Source: the human T2T-CHM13v2.0 reference genome, Homo sapiens
Assembly: GCF_009914755.1 (NCBI RefSeq)
Contig: NC_060928.1
Strand: one strand, 5' to 3'
DNA length: 64,000 nt
Translations under genes and position numbers: made by a program
Shown here: piece by piece, positions 12,521-29,740 of the stretch
Position numbering within the stretch: position 1 is the first letter of the stretch
Layout of the letters: every line of letters starts with the position of its first letter
The notes under the pieces: generated by a model
What the model was told of the DNA's origin: nothing
Database searches by the model: none
The model's input: the letters and a program-made list of their open reading frames with translations, nothing else

Positions 12521-15500
12521 TAAACAGAAAGCAATTAAAAAGGGTAAACAGTAGTGTTTTTCAAAAACCAAACCACAAAACACAGAAACACAGTATCATT
12601 CCAACTTTTGAGGAGGAAGAACTTTCTTTTTTGTTTTTTTCTAAGAGAAAATGGCCATGTTGCTTTATTTATTATACTGAAAGCAATACAGCCTTGTTCT
12701 AAAAAAAAAAAAACAGCAAATATAAAAGAGAGAATGGGAAGAAAACTCCATGAATCCAAGTAATTCCACAAACAAAAATAATTAATACTAAATATTAGAT
12801 GAGTTTATTGCAGAACTTTTCCTATGTGTGTATTTAACAAAAATGGGCACTGCAATATGCACACTGTTTGGCTAGCTATTTTTTTAACTTAATACTGTAT
12901 AATAGATATCTTTCTATGTCAATACACAGTTCTATACTATTATTCATTATGGATAGACTATAAGTTATTTTACACATTCCTGTTTATTGGTATTCATATT
13001 AATTTGATATTTTGGTGTTGTAAGCAACACTGTGATGAATGTTCTTGCGCACTCTTCAATTATTTCCTTTGGGCACATTCCTTAGCAATGCAACTTTTGA
13101 GTCATGTGGTATACATTTTTAAAAAGCATGTTTGTCTATACATTTAATACATATTACCACATTGCCCTTTGGGGAAGTCATACTAATTTACACTGCCATT
13201 AGTTAGTATATTCTCTGACTGTAAGGTAAGGATAAAACCTTGGTAAGAATAAAACCAACATTTAGTTTGAGAATGATTAATTTTTAAAAGTTGATGGAAT
13301 AGAAGATGGTATTAACAAATTTGATGACATTTAAAAATATCTAATAGTGTAAAACTAAAAAGAAAAAATAAAGTACAGGTTTTCAAAGATTTAGTGTTAC
13401 AAAGAATTACATAGTAGAACTTATAAATAATTCATTCAATAATAATTAGGAACAAAAAAATTTAAAAATGTAAATCTAACCAAAAATAATTCATGTAAGT
13501 ATTTAAGAAACCACCAAATGTTAGGAATTAAAGTGGCTGAGAATAAGAATAGAGAGTTTACATAAGAGAAAATACAAGTAGCAAACAAATATATTAAGAA
13601 GAATTGTTGTTAATAACCAGGTAAAAACTAAATCAGTAATGGGATATAACCTTATACCTGTTTAAAAATTTTAAATTATTAAACCCAGCTTTGATGAGAT
13701 TTCTGGGAATTTGCCCTAAGAAATCAATTTAGAAGAAAGAAAAGTTATTTGTAAAGAAGTTGCTTTCTGGCATTATGTATGTTATAAAATAAGAAGTTAC
13801 CTAAATGTCTCTATTAGAGGAGTGGTTAAGTAAATCATCGTAGATTAACTTGACATAGAACATTATGTAGCCATTAAGATAATAGATGAGAAGAGCATGT
13901 GGCCATGATGGCACATTTCTGAGGTAATGTTAAGTGAAAGGCTGAGTACTCAATGCAAATCTTGTGATTAAAACTAATTTTAAAAATGTGTCTTTCTGTG
14001 ATTGGGGTCTCATAAGGGGGAAAAACCCCATTTTTTTGTCAACAAGAGAGAGAGAGCTTGTAAGTAGAGGGTAAGGAATCAGTGGAGAGAAAGGACAGAA
14101 GTTGAAAGAGTGAAGAAAAAATGGCTGAAGAAAACCAAGAATGGACCAGATAGATGGGGTGGAATCAAACCACAAGTGGCAGGGACAACTTAGACAAGGT
14201 TCTTTCTCAAAGATAGGAGCAAAGTAAGATAAAGTCTATGAAAATTATATTATTTAGGACTCTTAATGTGAGTAATGGAAACTCAACTCAAACTAGCTTA
14301 AGCAAAGTCTGTAATGTTCTGCTCCCTCAACTGAAAGTCCAAGGGGATAAAATTAGCTTGAGACTGAGGTATATATGCGTTCACATGATGTCAACATGTG
14401 TTTTTCATGCTATCTCTCTTGGCTACACTTTCTTCTGGGTTGGCAGCCTCCTTGTGATGGCAGCATTGATTTATACAGTTCAAATGGCTAATATTCCAAG
14501 AGAAAAGTGAGTCCCCTTCAGAGATGCTATCTCCGGCAAAAGTTCCAGAAAACACTCTGATTGTTCTGGCTCAAGTCAAGGATCATACCCCGAGGTAAAA
14601 TCACACCCTCAATGGGGAAGAAGAAACCTTATGATTTACTACACAGCCAAGTGGAGGAGGGCAGTTCTAAAAGTGAAAGCATGCTGGCCAAAGAGAAAGC
14701 AGCAGATGTTCTCTACAAGGATAAATAGACATTTGGAGGCAGCTTGGCTTGCTTACAAAGTCTTAAGTGAGAGCCGCCATCTGCCTGGTTGGCCTAATGA
14801 ACGCTGCTGGAGAAAGCATCATCGGAACCAGGTTTCCTATCTCTTAACTCCCCTTTGGCCCCAAAGGGGCCAACTTACACTACAGGTGGAATGGCATCTC
14901 ACCTTGCAGCAAATCAGCTCTCTGGCAAACTCACTTGTTTGGAACACAGCTAAGAAACAGGAACTAACAATAAAAGGCCTGTGAAAAGCCAAAATGGATA
15001 CCACTGTGCCTCTGCCTCGAGAAGCCTGATTGATTTATTCCCCTGGGGAACAGAAAGCCGACTGCTTGCTGTCTGCACTACCTTGGGCTAGAAGAGGAGG
15101 CATAATTGCGGTATTCAGAAGTGTCCATTAGATAAGAGGCTGATGTGCTCAGGTGTTCAGGAGAAACGGATGAATGTATAGGAAAGCACTTTGGCCAAAT
15201 ATTTGTGAGGCTTGTTTCTTTGTAACTGTATAGACTTAAAATCATTTTTTTCTATCATAGGCAAGAAGTCGATTAAAGTATCAAATCTTTTGTAAGTGGA
15301 ATAGCTTTTATCTTAATTGGATACATTCTATGGTTCAGAGTTTGTGCATGTGAACAGTTGGTATGTATCTGCTTTGGAAAATACTGTGTGAAATAATATT
15401 TTCTATGCTCAGTTCTGCTTTTGTCATAATTACATAGTTTAAACTGCATACATCAATTGTACAAGCAGATACATGTAAGCATTCTGTAGGTGCATATTAA

Positions 15501-16028
15501 GATGCATTAATTTTGGGCTCACAAATGCTTTACCACTCGAAATTCCTTTATAGTTTTGGAATATTTATTTTCTCTTCTCATCTTCCATTTCTGTGGCAAG
15601 ACTATTTTTGTTTCTCTTTTAAATCCTTCATAGTTACATTACCTTTTAAATCTGTCCCAGGACGTCTTACTGAATCAGACTTGAAACTGGGATGTGCAGG
15701 CAAGTGGAGATGGGCTATGCATCCCTAAAATCTGTCCTCTTTCCTGTGCTGGAGAAACACGATCTGTCTGTCACAGAAAGCTTGGGTAAATGTTAAACCA
15801 GTGTTTAGCTACATACCTTGATTTGTTTGGGGCCTAGGATCCCCCTGGAAAAGAGCTTCAACGCTGAAAACAACTGGAATTCAGACATCTAAGGTCATGT
15901 GTTAAAGACTGTGAGGATGGGGGTTTGTGGGGCTGCAGAAAGGAAAGCTAGACTGTAAAGGGCGACAACAGGTTCCCTGAGAGAAAAGTCCCCACAAGGG
16001 AGAATATTGGCCTCGTGGAAATCTAGAC

Positions 16029-16219
16029 CAGCAACTTCAATAGAACTTTCTGCCACAGTGAAAATGCTCCATATCTGTGTTGTTTGCTACTCACATGTGG
16101 CTACTGAGCACTGGAAATGCAGCTAGTGTGAAAGAGGATCTGGATTGTAAATTTTATTTATTTTTAATTAAATTTAAATAGTTATACATGGCTAGTAGCT
16201 CCCATGCTGGGCAGTGCTG
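16029..16219 (+). mobile_element. MER3
   Basis: CAATAGAACTTTCTGC...CACATGTGGCTACTGAGCACTGGAAATG...GGCAGTGCTG. Confidence 0.8.
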
Positions 16220-18903
16220 GTATAGATTTTGTAGCAAAACTGTGATGCCCAAAGAAAGCAATGATTGTAGGTAGTTCTGGGCTACATGTGAACTCTCCCT
16301 ATCCAGCCTCTCAGAGCCATTGTTTACCTGGAAAGGAGAGGGGTAAGGGGGTGAAACCAAAAGAACATATTAATTGAGTTCAGACTTTCTGAGAAACCTG
16401 GGCAATAAATTGGCAAGAACCTTATCACTAGCTTTCCCAGCCCCTCTGTGGTAGGTCCTCACTTACCTGTTTGTCTTGGCTAGAGATAGAATCTGGGAGC
16501 CTCAGAGTCAGAAGGTAGACAGTTAAGGAAGTCCAGGCCTGAGCAGCTGCCTCAGGGCATCGTAGCTGATGGATGGATGGACAAACACTCTTCTTACCTA
16601 AGAAAGCTTCCTTCTTTCCTCCTCCCTCCTTTCTCAAAGAACCCTGGTTTGTTTTTTGGCATTCTCCTTCCTTACGCCATATCCTTTAGAAAAGGAGGGC
16701 TGCTTCTCAGGCTTAGTGATTAATTTTCTTTGGTTTAAGTCTGTGCTCTTCTTGTTTAAATTCTTTTTTTCCCGCATCTTACTCATATTCCACTCAAATA
16801 GTTTGAAAACCATGTACCTCCTTACACATTTAAAATATTATATCTAACATTTTTTATCAAAAGATGCATGAGTTGCAATGTCTGTAAGTTTTTGCATTTG
16901 AAAAATGACACTTTAGGATAGAACTATGACGTCCCTCTCTAATGTTTCCAATAGAATCTGAATACTATAGCAATTTGATTCCCACTGGCACCCATAAAAA
17001 ATACACAAACTCTTCTTTATTGAAAATATATGTCCTTTCTTTTTCTCACACTTTCACTTTTGAGGCAGTTTTCCTATGGAATTTATCCTATTACCTTTAT
17101 GCTTGAAAGTCTTTTACTGATCACCCTATTATACTTCTCTGCAATGAAATACATATATAAATTTAAATTTAAAGCATTTGTAATGTTTCCTGTGAACATA
17201 AAGCTCAAAGTGTTAAGTAATTTCCTTTGGATTGAGTTATTACAGTTGAGCAAAACAACATAAATACATTAAAATTTTTGATAAATACTTGTTAAATGTT
17301 AGAAAGTACAGTTTCATTGGAAATGCATCTCTTAATGAGATGAATGGGGCTTTTTTTTCTTCTGTTAGTTCATCCAGGATGCATATTATTTATTGCTACA
17401 GGAGACAGGATTCAGCATCAGTTCTATTCTTATTTTTCACTTGTCTAGATGTAAACTTTGTGGAATTCATTCACATAATAAGTAGATAGGAAAGGAAAGA
17501 CTTTGTTATAGTCTCTTTGAACTCCTTCTGAATTATAGGCCAAAATCAATTAATTGATCCTTAAAAATTATTTTTAATGATCAGCTGAAACTTAATTAGG
17601 TTTCTCGTCAATTTGTTTAAAAGCAAAAATTAGCAGCCATCTGATTTGCAGAAGTATTGGTTGTGAGTTATTATAGTAATTTAGTTTCTCAACACCTATA
17701 CTGATATTTCACAATGCTCTTGTGTTTGGTGACCCTGAGATGTTAATATACCAGAACATTAGACTGCATGGAGTCAGCACAGATGAGACATAGGCTTTCC
17801 TTTTAAAGAGTGAGAAGCAAGATAGCAAAAGGGTTATCCTATTCTTAGGAAAGAATAAATGTGGTAATAGGGATCTGGAAATTAGGGATCTGGAAATTAA
17901 CTTTAGATTACTTTAGATTACCTATTCTCACTATACCCTTGAGGAGGCTTCATGCTGCAGGGGTATGGTGCTCCAGTACCTTCAGTTTGAAGGCTGCTGG
18001 TTTAGGGCCAGTTTCCATGGTTCCCATCCTCTGGCTTGTGACTGGTTGAGGCATGGCATGTGATGAGGTTCTGGATAATGAAAGGTGAAAGGAAGTCTGC
18101 TGCAGGACTTCCAGGAAAATGTTTCCTTATTCTCAAAAACAGATCTGGGAAAGAGTCAGTCTCTTGTTCCTCTGGATGTAGTTTTATCTGGTGTTGTGGA
18201 ATTGCTGCAGAAGTACTTTATCAGGAGACCTGGCTTAAAGACAAAGTGTTACCCTTAGCATGTCAGAACAGAAAGAAAGAGCAGAATGAGATTCTTCAAT
18301 GTTGCTGTTGACGCATGGAACTAAAAAGCCTAGGAACACCCTACCTCTGAACTTCTTAGTTAAGAAAAAAATACTTCGTTATTGTTTAAGACACTTATTT
18401 TTCATTACATGCAAGTTCTGTTTTTTTTTTTTTTTTTTTTGCAAGAATCTAACATAGATCACAAAACTACTTTGATCAAGGGGTACACGGTTGTCTTTTT
18501 TGTGATAAGAGTGATAAGTAGGGTCAGGTGTTGTCAGTTTGAGACTTACATTGTAGAGTTACCTGTTAGCTTCTCACCTAATATTGTTAGCACCATCAAT
18601 GAACATTACCTGGATCACTAATTTCATTAGAGACCGGCAAAATGTTGATACTCTATCATTGCTTCCTTATATCTAATTCACTATTTAGATGGAGCTATAA
18701 TCCATCTAAAATATAAAACTTTCCCTCATTAACCCTCTGGTTGGCCTAAGGCACAATTCAAATAGAAAAGACAGGGTAAACTCTTGGTTGATTCTCCCTC
18801 ACTCCACTTTTATTTACCAGTTTTCAGAATAATTATTTGATTTTCTAGCATCCACCAAAAGGGATCAGTGAGGTTTTCTCTTTTTACTTTAAAAATGGTA
18901 TTA

Positions 18904-19290
18904 CAGAAGTTCCTCCTTATTCACAATTTCAGTTCCTGTGAGGTCCCACAATAGGTGAGTATGGTACATACAATCAAATATTTTTTTGGGGGACCACATT
19001 CACATAACTTTTATTACAGTATGTTGTTATAATTATTCTATTTTACTATGAGTTATTATTAGTCTCTTACTGTAATTTGTAAATTAAACTTTATTATAGA
19101 AATGAATGTATAGAAAAAACATAATACAGGTATATATAGGGTTCTGTACTATCTGCTGTTACTATTGATTGATTCCTTAGGCTGCAAGTTGGTGGTTTTG
19201 ACTTATTTATCAGGATGCCTTCAAATGTAAATAACAAAAAACTACAGGGCGTCTTGTAATATATCCCCTATGGGTAAGGGGGAACTAGTT
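18904..19290 (+). mobile_element. MER44A (Tigger7-derived MITE) carrying a foreign 78-bp insert, lying within old L1M-type sequence (~18600-20150)
   Basis: TA flanks; AATAGGTGAGTA, GACCACATTCACATAACTTTTATTACAG, GTATATATAGGGTTCTGTACTATC, and a TAAGGGGGAACTA terminus. Confidence 0.85.
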
Positions 19291-20431
19291 TATTTTAGAT
19301 TCATGGATTTTAACATATTTGAGGTCTATCAATTAGTTGCTGGTAATATTCTTTGCTGCTCAGTTTGTCCCATCTTTGGATAGTGAGAACCTCTTTAAGT
19401 TTGCTGTTGAGTCCTTTAAACATGATCCCAGTAGACTCTGATAGATTCCTTGATTTCTGGAATGAAAGATGTTCCGTCCTCTTCATACATTTCCTGCTCT
19501 AGTCCTAGGTTCAGCTGGTTTTTCAATGAGCTCTGGTTCCTGGAAGTAGGGAATGGTATTTGGAGACCAAAATCTAGGTGTGTAAAGCTAATTATTGTTA
19601 CTGGATTGGTCATTGTTTCTTGGCCGTTACAGTGAACAGAGCTAAAAAATACATATTTCCTTTTAAAGAGAAAATGAAGCATGAGTTTATGCCTATGCTT
19701 CCATTAAAAATTTAGAATTATTTTTATTTATAGTGCCTTTTCTCTTATTCTGAAACAGTTATTTCCCAATGACACTAATATAATTACAGATACACACTGT
19801 GCTATTACATGACTGTGATCATTTCAGAGAATAAGACTGATATTGAATCTATTAATATAATTACTAAATCAATGAAAAAATTTTGGGGAGTATTGTTTTG
19901 TTTTTAGAATGTCTTTTGTCTAAGGATAGATAGTCAAATTTCTGTGTTTTAAGGTCACTTGAAATGATTCTTTTCTATGTGATTAATTCTGTTGTCAGAC
20001 TTTTGGATTTGACAGATAGGAAATGATATCTCAGCATAGTTTTAATTGTATTTCTGTGTTCGTATGTTTAAGGGTCACTGACATTTCTTTTATGCATCGT
20101 CTGTTTATACCTCCTGCCTATCATTGTTGGTCTTTTTATTCTCTATTTTTAGAAAACTTTCAATCAGTGAAACATGGTCTTTTTGTTATTTACATTTGAA
20201 GGCATCCTGATAAATAAGTCAAAACCACCAACTTAGAGCCTAAGGAATCAATCAATACTGATGTTAAAACTCAGATAGCAACAGTCACCTGGTGATGACA
20301 GAGCTGTAGGCAGCAGTTTTGAATATCTGGAAGATCTTTTCCCTGTGTCCTCAACCCTGTCTTCTGGGGACTCTCAGACATGAGACGAAGGAAGGAGAGG
20401 TGCCTGGAATGAGTCAGCCAAGAATTGTTGA

Positions 20432-24242
<3,811 letters not shown>

Positions 24243-24540
24243 AATAACAGTATGTTAAGAAATGTCACAGATTGGCAGAGCCCAAGGGGCCTTTGTATTT
24301 CCCTTGAGTTACATGTGAATCATTTATTTAGACTGTTTTGAATTGTTTTCTCTTTGCACATTCCAAGTTTTTAATTTTCCTCTGGCTCTGGGATTTAAAC
24401 TCCAGGTCCCTTTGACTTCTCATTTTGTTTACCTGAAGAACACATAATATAAAAGTTTGAGCCAATTGCTCAAACTTCTTTTAAAGGAATAGAAATAAAT
24501 AAGAGGAAATAGAAATTGGATACAGCTCTTCAAACTTTGC

Positions 24541-24792
24541 TTTTTTCTTTTCTTTTTTAACTTTTATTTTAGGTTCAAGGCTACATGTGCAAGTTTTTTG
24601 TTACATAGAGAAATCGTGTCATGGGAGTTTGTTGTACACATCATTTCGCCACCCAGGTACTAAACCTAGTACCCAATAGTTAACTTTTTCTGCTCCTCTC
24701 CCTCCTCCTACCCTCCATCCTTAAGTAGGCTCCAGTGTCTGTTGTTCCCTTCTTTGTGGCCATGAGTTCTCATGGTTTTCTGTCCCTATGTT
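24541..24792 (-). mobile_element. Old L1PA (L1PA13-16-like) 3' end fragment
   Basis: T-tail, then GGTTCAAGGCTACATGTGC...CACCCAGGTACTAAACCTAGTACCCAATAG. Confidence 0.75.
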
Positions 24793-26399
24793 ACGAACTT
24801 CACCTTTTCATAATTTATTTGAAATGGGTTATGTTGACAATATGTAACAAATGTCAGTGAAGATCGTGGCATTGCAAACTTGTTGACTGAGAATCAAGGG
24901 ACCCACCTAAACCTGTGCTTCCTTGCTGTTCCAGTAATTGTGAATGTGCATAGGCTGGAAAGAGCTTAAGTGTAAAAGAACAACATAGTACTCTAGCAAA
25001 ACACACAAATGGTACATTTATGACCATGCAAGAGGCATGAGCCATCAAGTTCCAGATTGGAGGGAAGCTATTGCACATGGTGTAGAGAAAATTTTAAATG
25101 TTTTGAACAGTGTCTAGCTATATGCTAATGCAGAAAGTTTTGAACACCTTTGGACTTTGAGAGCCAGTTGAGTATTCAAGACTATTAGGAAGGTAAAAAG
25201 AGTGGTCTGGAAATTATACTAAGTTTAAAGCTATTTTTTCTATTGATTTTTTTTGCCTTATTTTCAGAACCTGACTTACAAATTACTGTGGCAGATTGTC
25301 AGATCTGGTTAAGTCCAAAATCGGGCTTTGTAGGTCAAAGAGGCCTCCGTCACTTTTAAACTTAATCTTGGAGTTTGGCTGATGCTGTTCCCGAGGCCCC
25401 CAAACCATTAACTCATCTGTGCTCGAGATCACTGAAGCTATACATCCACGCTATTCCTAAAGCGCAGCTGTGTGTTGTGAAAAATGATTTTCTCATTGTC
25501 ATTAAGAGAACAAATGCCACAGGATTTTTTTTTCTACAAGTCGACAACTGAAGAAAGCCATTTCTCCCTAGTTGATAGAAAGGCTGTCATTGCACAGAAT
25601 GGCCTCTCTTATCCTTTTGTGCATTAACTCAGCATAATTTTCAAATGTAAAACTTCTAAGAGGAGCATAATTCTAGAAATGGCAAGATTATAATTATGTG
25701 CAGCATAAAGGATAAATTTGTAGTTTATAAATCATGGATATTAATATTCAGCAGGAGCCCAATTCATGGTAAAACTTGAAATAAGTACATTGTTAAAAAT
25801 AATTGAATTTGGGTTTTAGAAGAAATTTTAGCAGTTAAAGATTATTTTTGTGGGAGGCCGTTTGGCTGTCTGGGGTTCAAATTTGCATTTAGGTGGGGTT
25901 AGTTTCACCGCTGTTTGAAACAGTGGCATACATTTCAATCAGTTTAGATGCATTTTTTTTTTATTTCTACTACCTGTCTTCACCCCCACCATCTAGTCTG
26001 TCACAAAATCTTGGTTATGTAGCTTTTATATATTTAGGAATCTCTCTTTTTTGGTATTTCTTCTGCCACTCCCTTGGGTCATGCCACCATTGCTTTTACT
26101 TGATTTCTGCAGTGGCCTCCAATGTGTCCTCTCCCTCCTGTCCCGTGCCCCTCAAATCCATGTTATGTAGCATCAAGAGAAATCTAGTTAATAGGAGATT
26201 CTCATGTTACTCCTTTTCTTAAAACTCTGTGTCACCTCATTATCTACAGAGGTGGAACTTACTGTGCTGTAAAAGGCCCTCATTGCTCTAGGGTGGAATG
26301 AATGGGCCAAAATGTATTTTGAGGAATTCTGAGCTTCTTCACTGGGCTTTGGTTGTTGTTGATTTTCAAAAGGGCATTGCTTTCAAACAAATATATTTA

Positions 26400-26416
26400 T
26401 ATACATACATACACAC

Positions 26417-26447
<31 letters not shown>

Positions 26448-26461
26448 AATCTATATATATA
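26400..26461. repeat. (TG)n/(TA)n microsatellite adjoining the FAM tail
   Basis: Seen directly. Confidence 0.9.
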
Positions 26462-26624
26462 TTTTGGAGATGGAGTCTTGCTAGGTTGCCCAGGCTGGAG
26501 TGCTGTGGCTATTCACAGGCAAGGTCATAGTGCCCTACAGCCCGGAGCTCCTGGATGCAAGTGATCTTCCTGCCTCAGCCTCCCGAGTAGCTCATACTGC
26601 AGGTGCACACCACCACATTTGACC
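26462..26624 (-). mobile_element. FAM (fossil Alu monomer)
   Basis: Monomer retaining the 7SL-like segment GTGGCTATTCACAGGC. Confidence 0.8.
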
Positions 26625-26666
26625 AAATGAATATATTTTTAAAAATAAAAAATGCCTCAGTTTTGA

Positions 26667-26801
26667 GACTGGGTATAGTAGTATGTGCCTGTAATCCCAG
26701 CTACTTAGGAGGCTAAGATAGGAGGATCGGTTGAGTCCAGAAGTTTGAGACCAACCTGGGAAACATAGTGAGACTGTCTCAAAAAAAAAAAAAAAAAAAA
26801 A
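26667..26801 (+). mobile_element. FLAM (free left Alu monomer, FLAM_A-like) with poly(A) tail
   Basis: GCCTGTAATCCCAGCTACT...GAGACCAACCTGGGAAACATAGTGAGACTGTCTC followed by an A-tail. Confidence 0.8.
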
Positions 26802-27092
26802 AGGAAAAAAACAAACTTGAAGTGAATTTTGAGATCTTGACGTGTGGGTGGCTTGGAGGTAAGACCTTCCCTGGCTGGTGGTTCTGGAGCTATAGACTCT
26901 TCATATTCCCTCAGTGTTTTGGTGGTGAGAAGTGTAGAGTAGTGGAAAAAAGAGACTTTTAGGTAGACCTGAGTTCAAATCCCACTTTGCTGCTTTCTTA
27001 GGAAGTGATTTTCTGTGTGTTATTTAAGCTACGCACAACTCAGGTCTCTGTCCTGTAGGCTGGATTGTGGTCAGGACCGGCATGTGGTAGGC

Positions 27093-27460
27093 TGTATTAG
27101 TCCATTTTCATGCTGCTGATAAAGACATACCCGAGACAGGGCAATTTACAAAAGAAAGAGGTTTATTGGACTTACAGTTCCACATGGCTGAGGAGGCCTC
27201 ACAATCGTGGTGGAAGGCAAGGAGGAGCAAGTCACATCTTATGTGGATGGCAGTAGGCAAAGAGAGCTTGTGCAGAGAAACTCCTGTTTTTAAAACCAAC
27301 AGCTCTCATGAGACCCAGTCACTATCACAGACGCGAACAGCATGGGAAAGACCCACCCCCATGATTCAGTCATCTTGCACCAGGTCCCTCCTACAACACA
27401 TGGAAATTATGGGAGCTACAAGATGAGATTTGGGTGTGGACACAGAGCCAAACCATATCA
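27093..27460 (-). mobile_element. THE1 (THE1A/B-like) solo LTR
   Basis: TG...CA ends (TGTATTAGTCC...ACCATATCA); 5-bp TSD TAGGC at 27088-27092 and 27461-27465. Confidence 0.92.
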
Positions 27461-29569
27461 TAGGCATTTCATAAATGGGAGTGGTGCCGTTCTTTGAGCT
27501 TTTCCGTGGTCCTAGGGAGACATGGGCTTCAATGACCTCACAGGACAAATGCTCCATAAAGAGCCTTTTTCTGTGAAGCAAAATTTGGCACTTTTGCCAC
27601 CCCAGATGCATCGATAGAGACTGGGTTAAAAGGTATTTGAAGACTTCAGAGTAACTCCTGCAAATCCTCACAAAGCTAGCAAAGGCTCTTTCTTTTCTAT
27701 ATAACCCAGGTGGTCTGTGAGCAGAGTAGAAGCTGCAAAAAGCAGAAAGATACTTTATTATGAGTGATGGTTTGAGAAGGAAAAAAACTCAGCAGGCTTT
27801 AACCTTTCCTTTTTGTGTAGCTGGGTGTCCACCAAGGATCACAGTAAGGTATGTGTGATTTTCATTCAAAGTTACCTTTTGTTTGGCAAAACTGGTTCAC
27901 CACAGGAAAATTCTGAACCCAAGTCTGTGCTCACATTCCTGTCTTGATTCAGGAACAGCCAAAAGAAAGGAGCCACTTTCAAACCAGAACAATTAGATAT
28001 GCATTGAGAAGAATTCAAGATATGTTAAAGTATTCCAAAATGGAAAAACACTGCAAGTACCAGCTTAAAACTGGTAGAGCCAAAACTGTGCAGGCGCCAT
28101 GAAAAAATAAAATTCCAGTAATGGAAAGGAGTTAACCAGGGCTTCTAGAGCTAAGATAGAAAGTGCTAAGTATAAATTGAAGTGAATCTCTATTTTTACA
28201 GCTGCTATGACTAAGGCATGTTGCTTACATTGAAAAAGAAAAACAGTATTCATACCACTATGACAACTGATTATATTTAATATCTAGTCTCATAAAAACC
28301 TTATTAAGATTTCAGAAGAGCAGAAGATTTAGTTACTAGAATTAAAATTGTTTTTATCTGAAGAAAAATAACAGGTATTCAAAATCTGAACTACCAGATC
28401 TGATATATCTGGCCAGATGCTCTCCAACATTTTATTTTAAATTTTTTATAAGGAACCATCTGCTGTAAGTAGAGGTACTTATTAACTTTTCTAGCAGAAA
28501 AAGAAATTAACATCTGAAGATACAAAGCCAGTGAATGGTGAAAGAACATAGTTATGAAGACAAAATTAAAAAATCCTCTCACTCCCCTGAGGACCAATTT
28601 AAGTGTTCTATTTAGAGAAATTCTGTTTGCAAAGCATATATTTTTGGTTATTTCTGTTAAGGTTATTACTTAGCAGCAATTTCAGAAGTTTGTTTTAATA
28701 GATTCTATATTATGTTGTACTTAATGAGAATGAGCTCTGGATCACAACTCATCAGTTTATGAAGCTCACCCCCCTCCCCTTCCCACTTCCACCAAGTCTT
28801 GATGGCCATTCTTGGGTATTACAACAGACTACCTGGAAATCACCGTGCAGTTAGCAACAGAACATCAGTGTTGAAAGAGTAGGTAAAATTATTTTTGAAT
28901 AACCAAGTTTTTTTTTTTTTTTTTTTTTTTTGCAACTGTAAAAATGAAATTAGGAAAGCATGTGGTAGTACATCTCTATATTATCTATATATTTTCAAAG
29001 AACTCTAGGCCACACAACATCTCTTGTATTAGGGAAAAAATGAAAGGTGAGGTCAATGGATTTCGGATAAATTTCAAAAAAATGAAAATGTTGGCAAATG
29101 ATTGAATTTAAATATTTTGATTGTTTGAAGCAGCATAGCTTTCCCCTGAGGCAAACTGAATTAAAGTCACAGGCAACATACTTTTTATTCCCTCTACATT
29201 ATATTAAATGTATTTTGGATTTTGGATATTTTGGATCTTTTTTTCCCCTCTACATTATATTAAATATATTTTTGGATTTTAGGTGAATTTTAGCTTACCA
29301 AGTTCTAAAATTATAATTTTTCTGACTTTTATCTATAATAGAATCTTAATAATATAGAGTGTTCTAATATATACTATGTTGTAGAAACTCCTCTTTTTTG
29401 GTGAAAATTTTCTGAGTTGAGAGCTGACCTTTCATTAAGAAAAGATGTGTAATTAATTATTGTATAGTCAATGCTTAACCTATTAAAACAGATTGTTTTC
29501 AAGAACTTTAATAGAACCTGTTTATATACTGGCAATTGATTACTTAATTCAGTATAAAGTACCATTAGT

Positions 29570-29740
29570 AGTACTTTATACCTTAGAGCCATATGATCTG
29601 AGTTTAGATCCATGTTCTATTTAGTAGCTGTTGGACCTTGGGCAAGTTAGAATTCCTATGCCTTGATTTCCTCATCTGTAAAATGGGGGTAATAATGGTG
29701 CTTAACTCATGGGGGCACTGTGGGGAATTAAGTGAGTTTA
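29570..29740 (+). mobile_element. MIR
   Basis: GACCTTGGGCAAGTTA...TTTCCTCATCTGTAAAATGGGG. Confidence 0.75.

Noticed and set aside
12700-18450. Very old L1ME and LTR (MLT1/LTR33-like) remnants at ~12700-13940, 14230-14720 and 17930-18450
   Set aside because: The resemblance is too degraded to assign family or boundaries by eye.
25230-25560. Strong acceptor (TTATTTTCAG at 25267) and CpG-retaining unique sequence as an exon or enhancer
   Set aside because: No convincing donor or recognisable peptide, and conservation cannot be assessed from this sequence alone.
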